64,000 nt of DNA from Lama glama. Taxonomy: Eukaryota. Made by a program: the position numbers and the translations under genes. This document shows positions 63,707 through 64,000 of the stretch, piece by piece. Numbering within the stretch: position 1 is the stretch's first letter; each line of letters starts with the position of its first letter. The notes under the pieces are model-generated. The model saw only the letters and a list, made by a program, of their open reading frames with translations, had not been told where the DNA came from and ran no database searches. Location of the stretch: the NCBI GenBank assembly GCA_028534125.1, contig CM052816.1, positions 95,172,001 to 95,236,000 of the forward strand, given 5' to 3'.

Positions 63707-64000
63707 TCGACACTCCAGCACCACACTCGCCCTGCATCCTCCGAGCATCTCCCCGACCCAACCATCCCCCTTCAGTCCGGCTCAGAATGACACCCGGGGG
63801 TCCAGCCTCTCTCACCTACAAGGGTGGCAGAAGCCCACATCAGATCACCTGCCTCCTGGTCTGACTCCTCTCCATCCTCCATACTCCTGTGTTCTACCTG
63901 CTCAGAAATGTCCATTCCTGCAAGTCTCTAGTCACCCTCAGAAGGAAAAGCCCAGAGATGGCCCCTGCCCCCATCCCCAGCCTGAGCGGGGCAACGTGTC

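Noticed and set aside
1..64000. A novel multi-gene system, CRISPR-like array or prokaryote-type operon
   Set aside because: The window is repeat-rich mammalian intron, UTR and intergenic DNA with one spliced gene. I saw no regularly spaced repeat-spacer array and no other credible coding sequence.

Overview
This is mammalian genomic DNA, very probably from a camelid: five copies of a tRNA-Ala-derived SINE resemble the camelid Vic-1 family. The only protein-coding gene I can support is ANKRD33B on the minus strand. Its last three coding exons are 45310-45181, 29143-29003 and 20850-20021; they have canonical splice sites and join in frame. Exon 1 is not seen and probably lies beyond base 64000. 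A probable ~6.2 kb 3' UTR runs down to an AATAAA at 13870-13865. The rest is intron or intergenic DNA full of old and lineage-specific repeats (L1, L2, MIR, MaLR/ERVL/ERV1 solo LTRs, MER20, MER2, MER5A, SINEs), microsatellites and two 500-N scaffold gaps. Nearly all other ORFs in the track are spurious. I found no evidence of a new multi-gene biological system. The most interesting signals are miR-17-family seed sites in the UTR, a 60-bp templated local duplication, a cluster of LTRs around exon 2, five MER20 copies, an orphan CpG/NRF1/E-box element and a false duplication across a gap. Repeat family names come from recognising consensus-like sequence by eye, and their boundaries are approximate.
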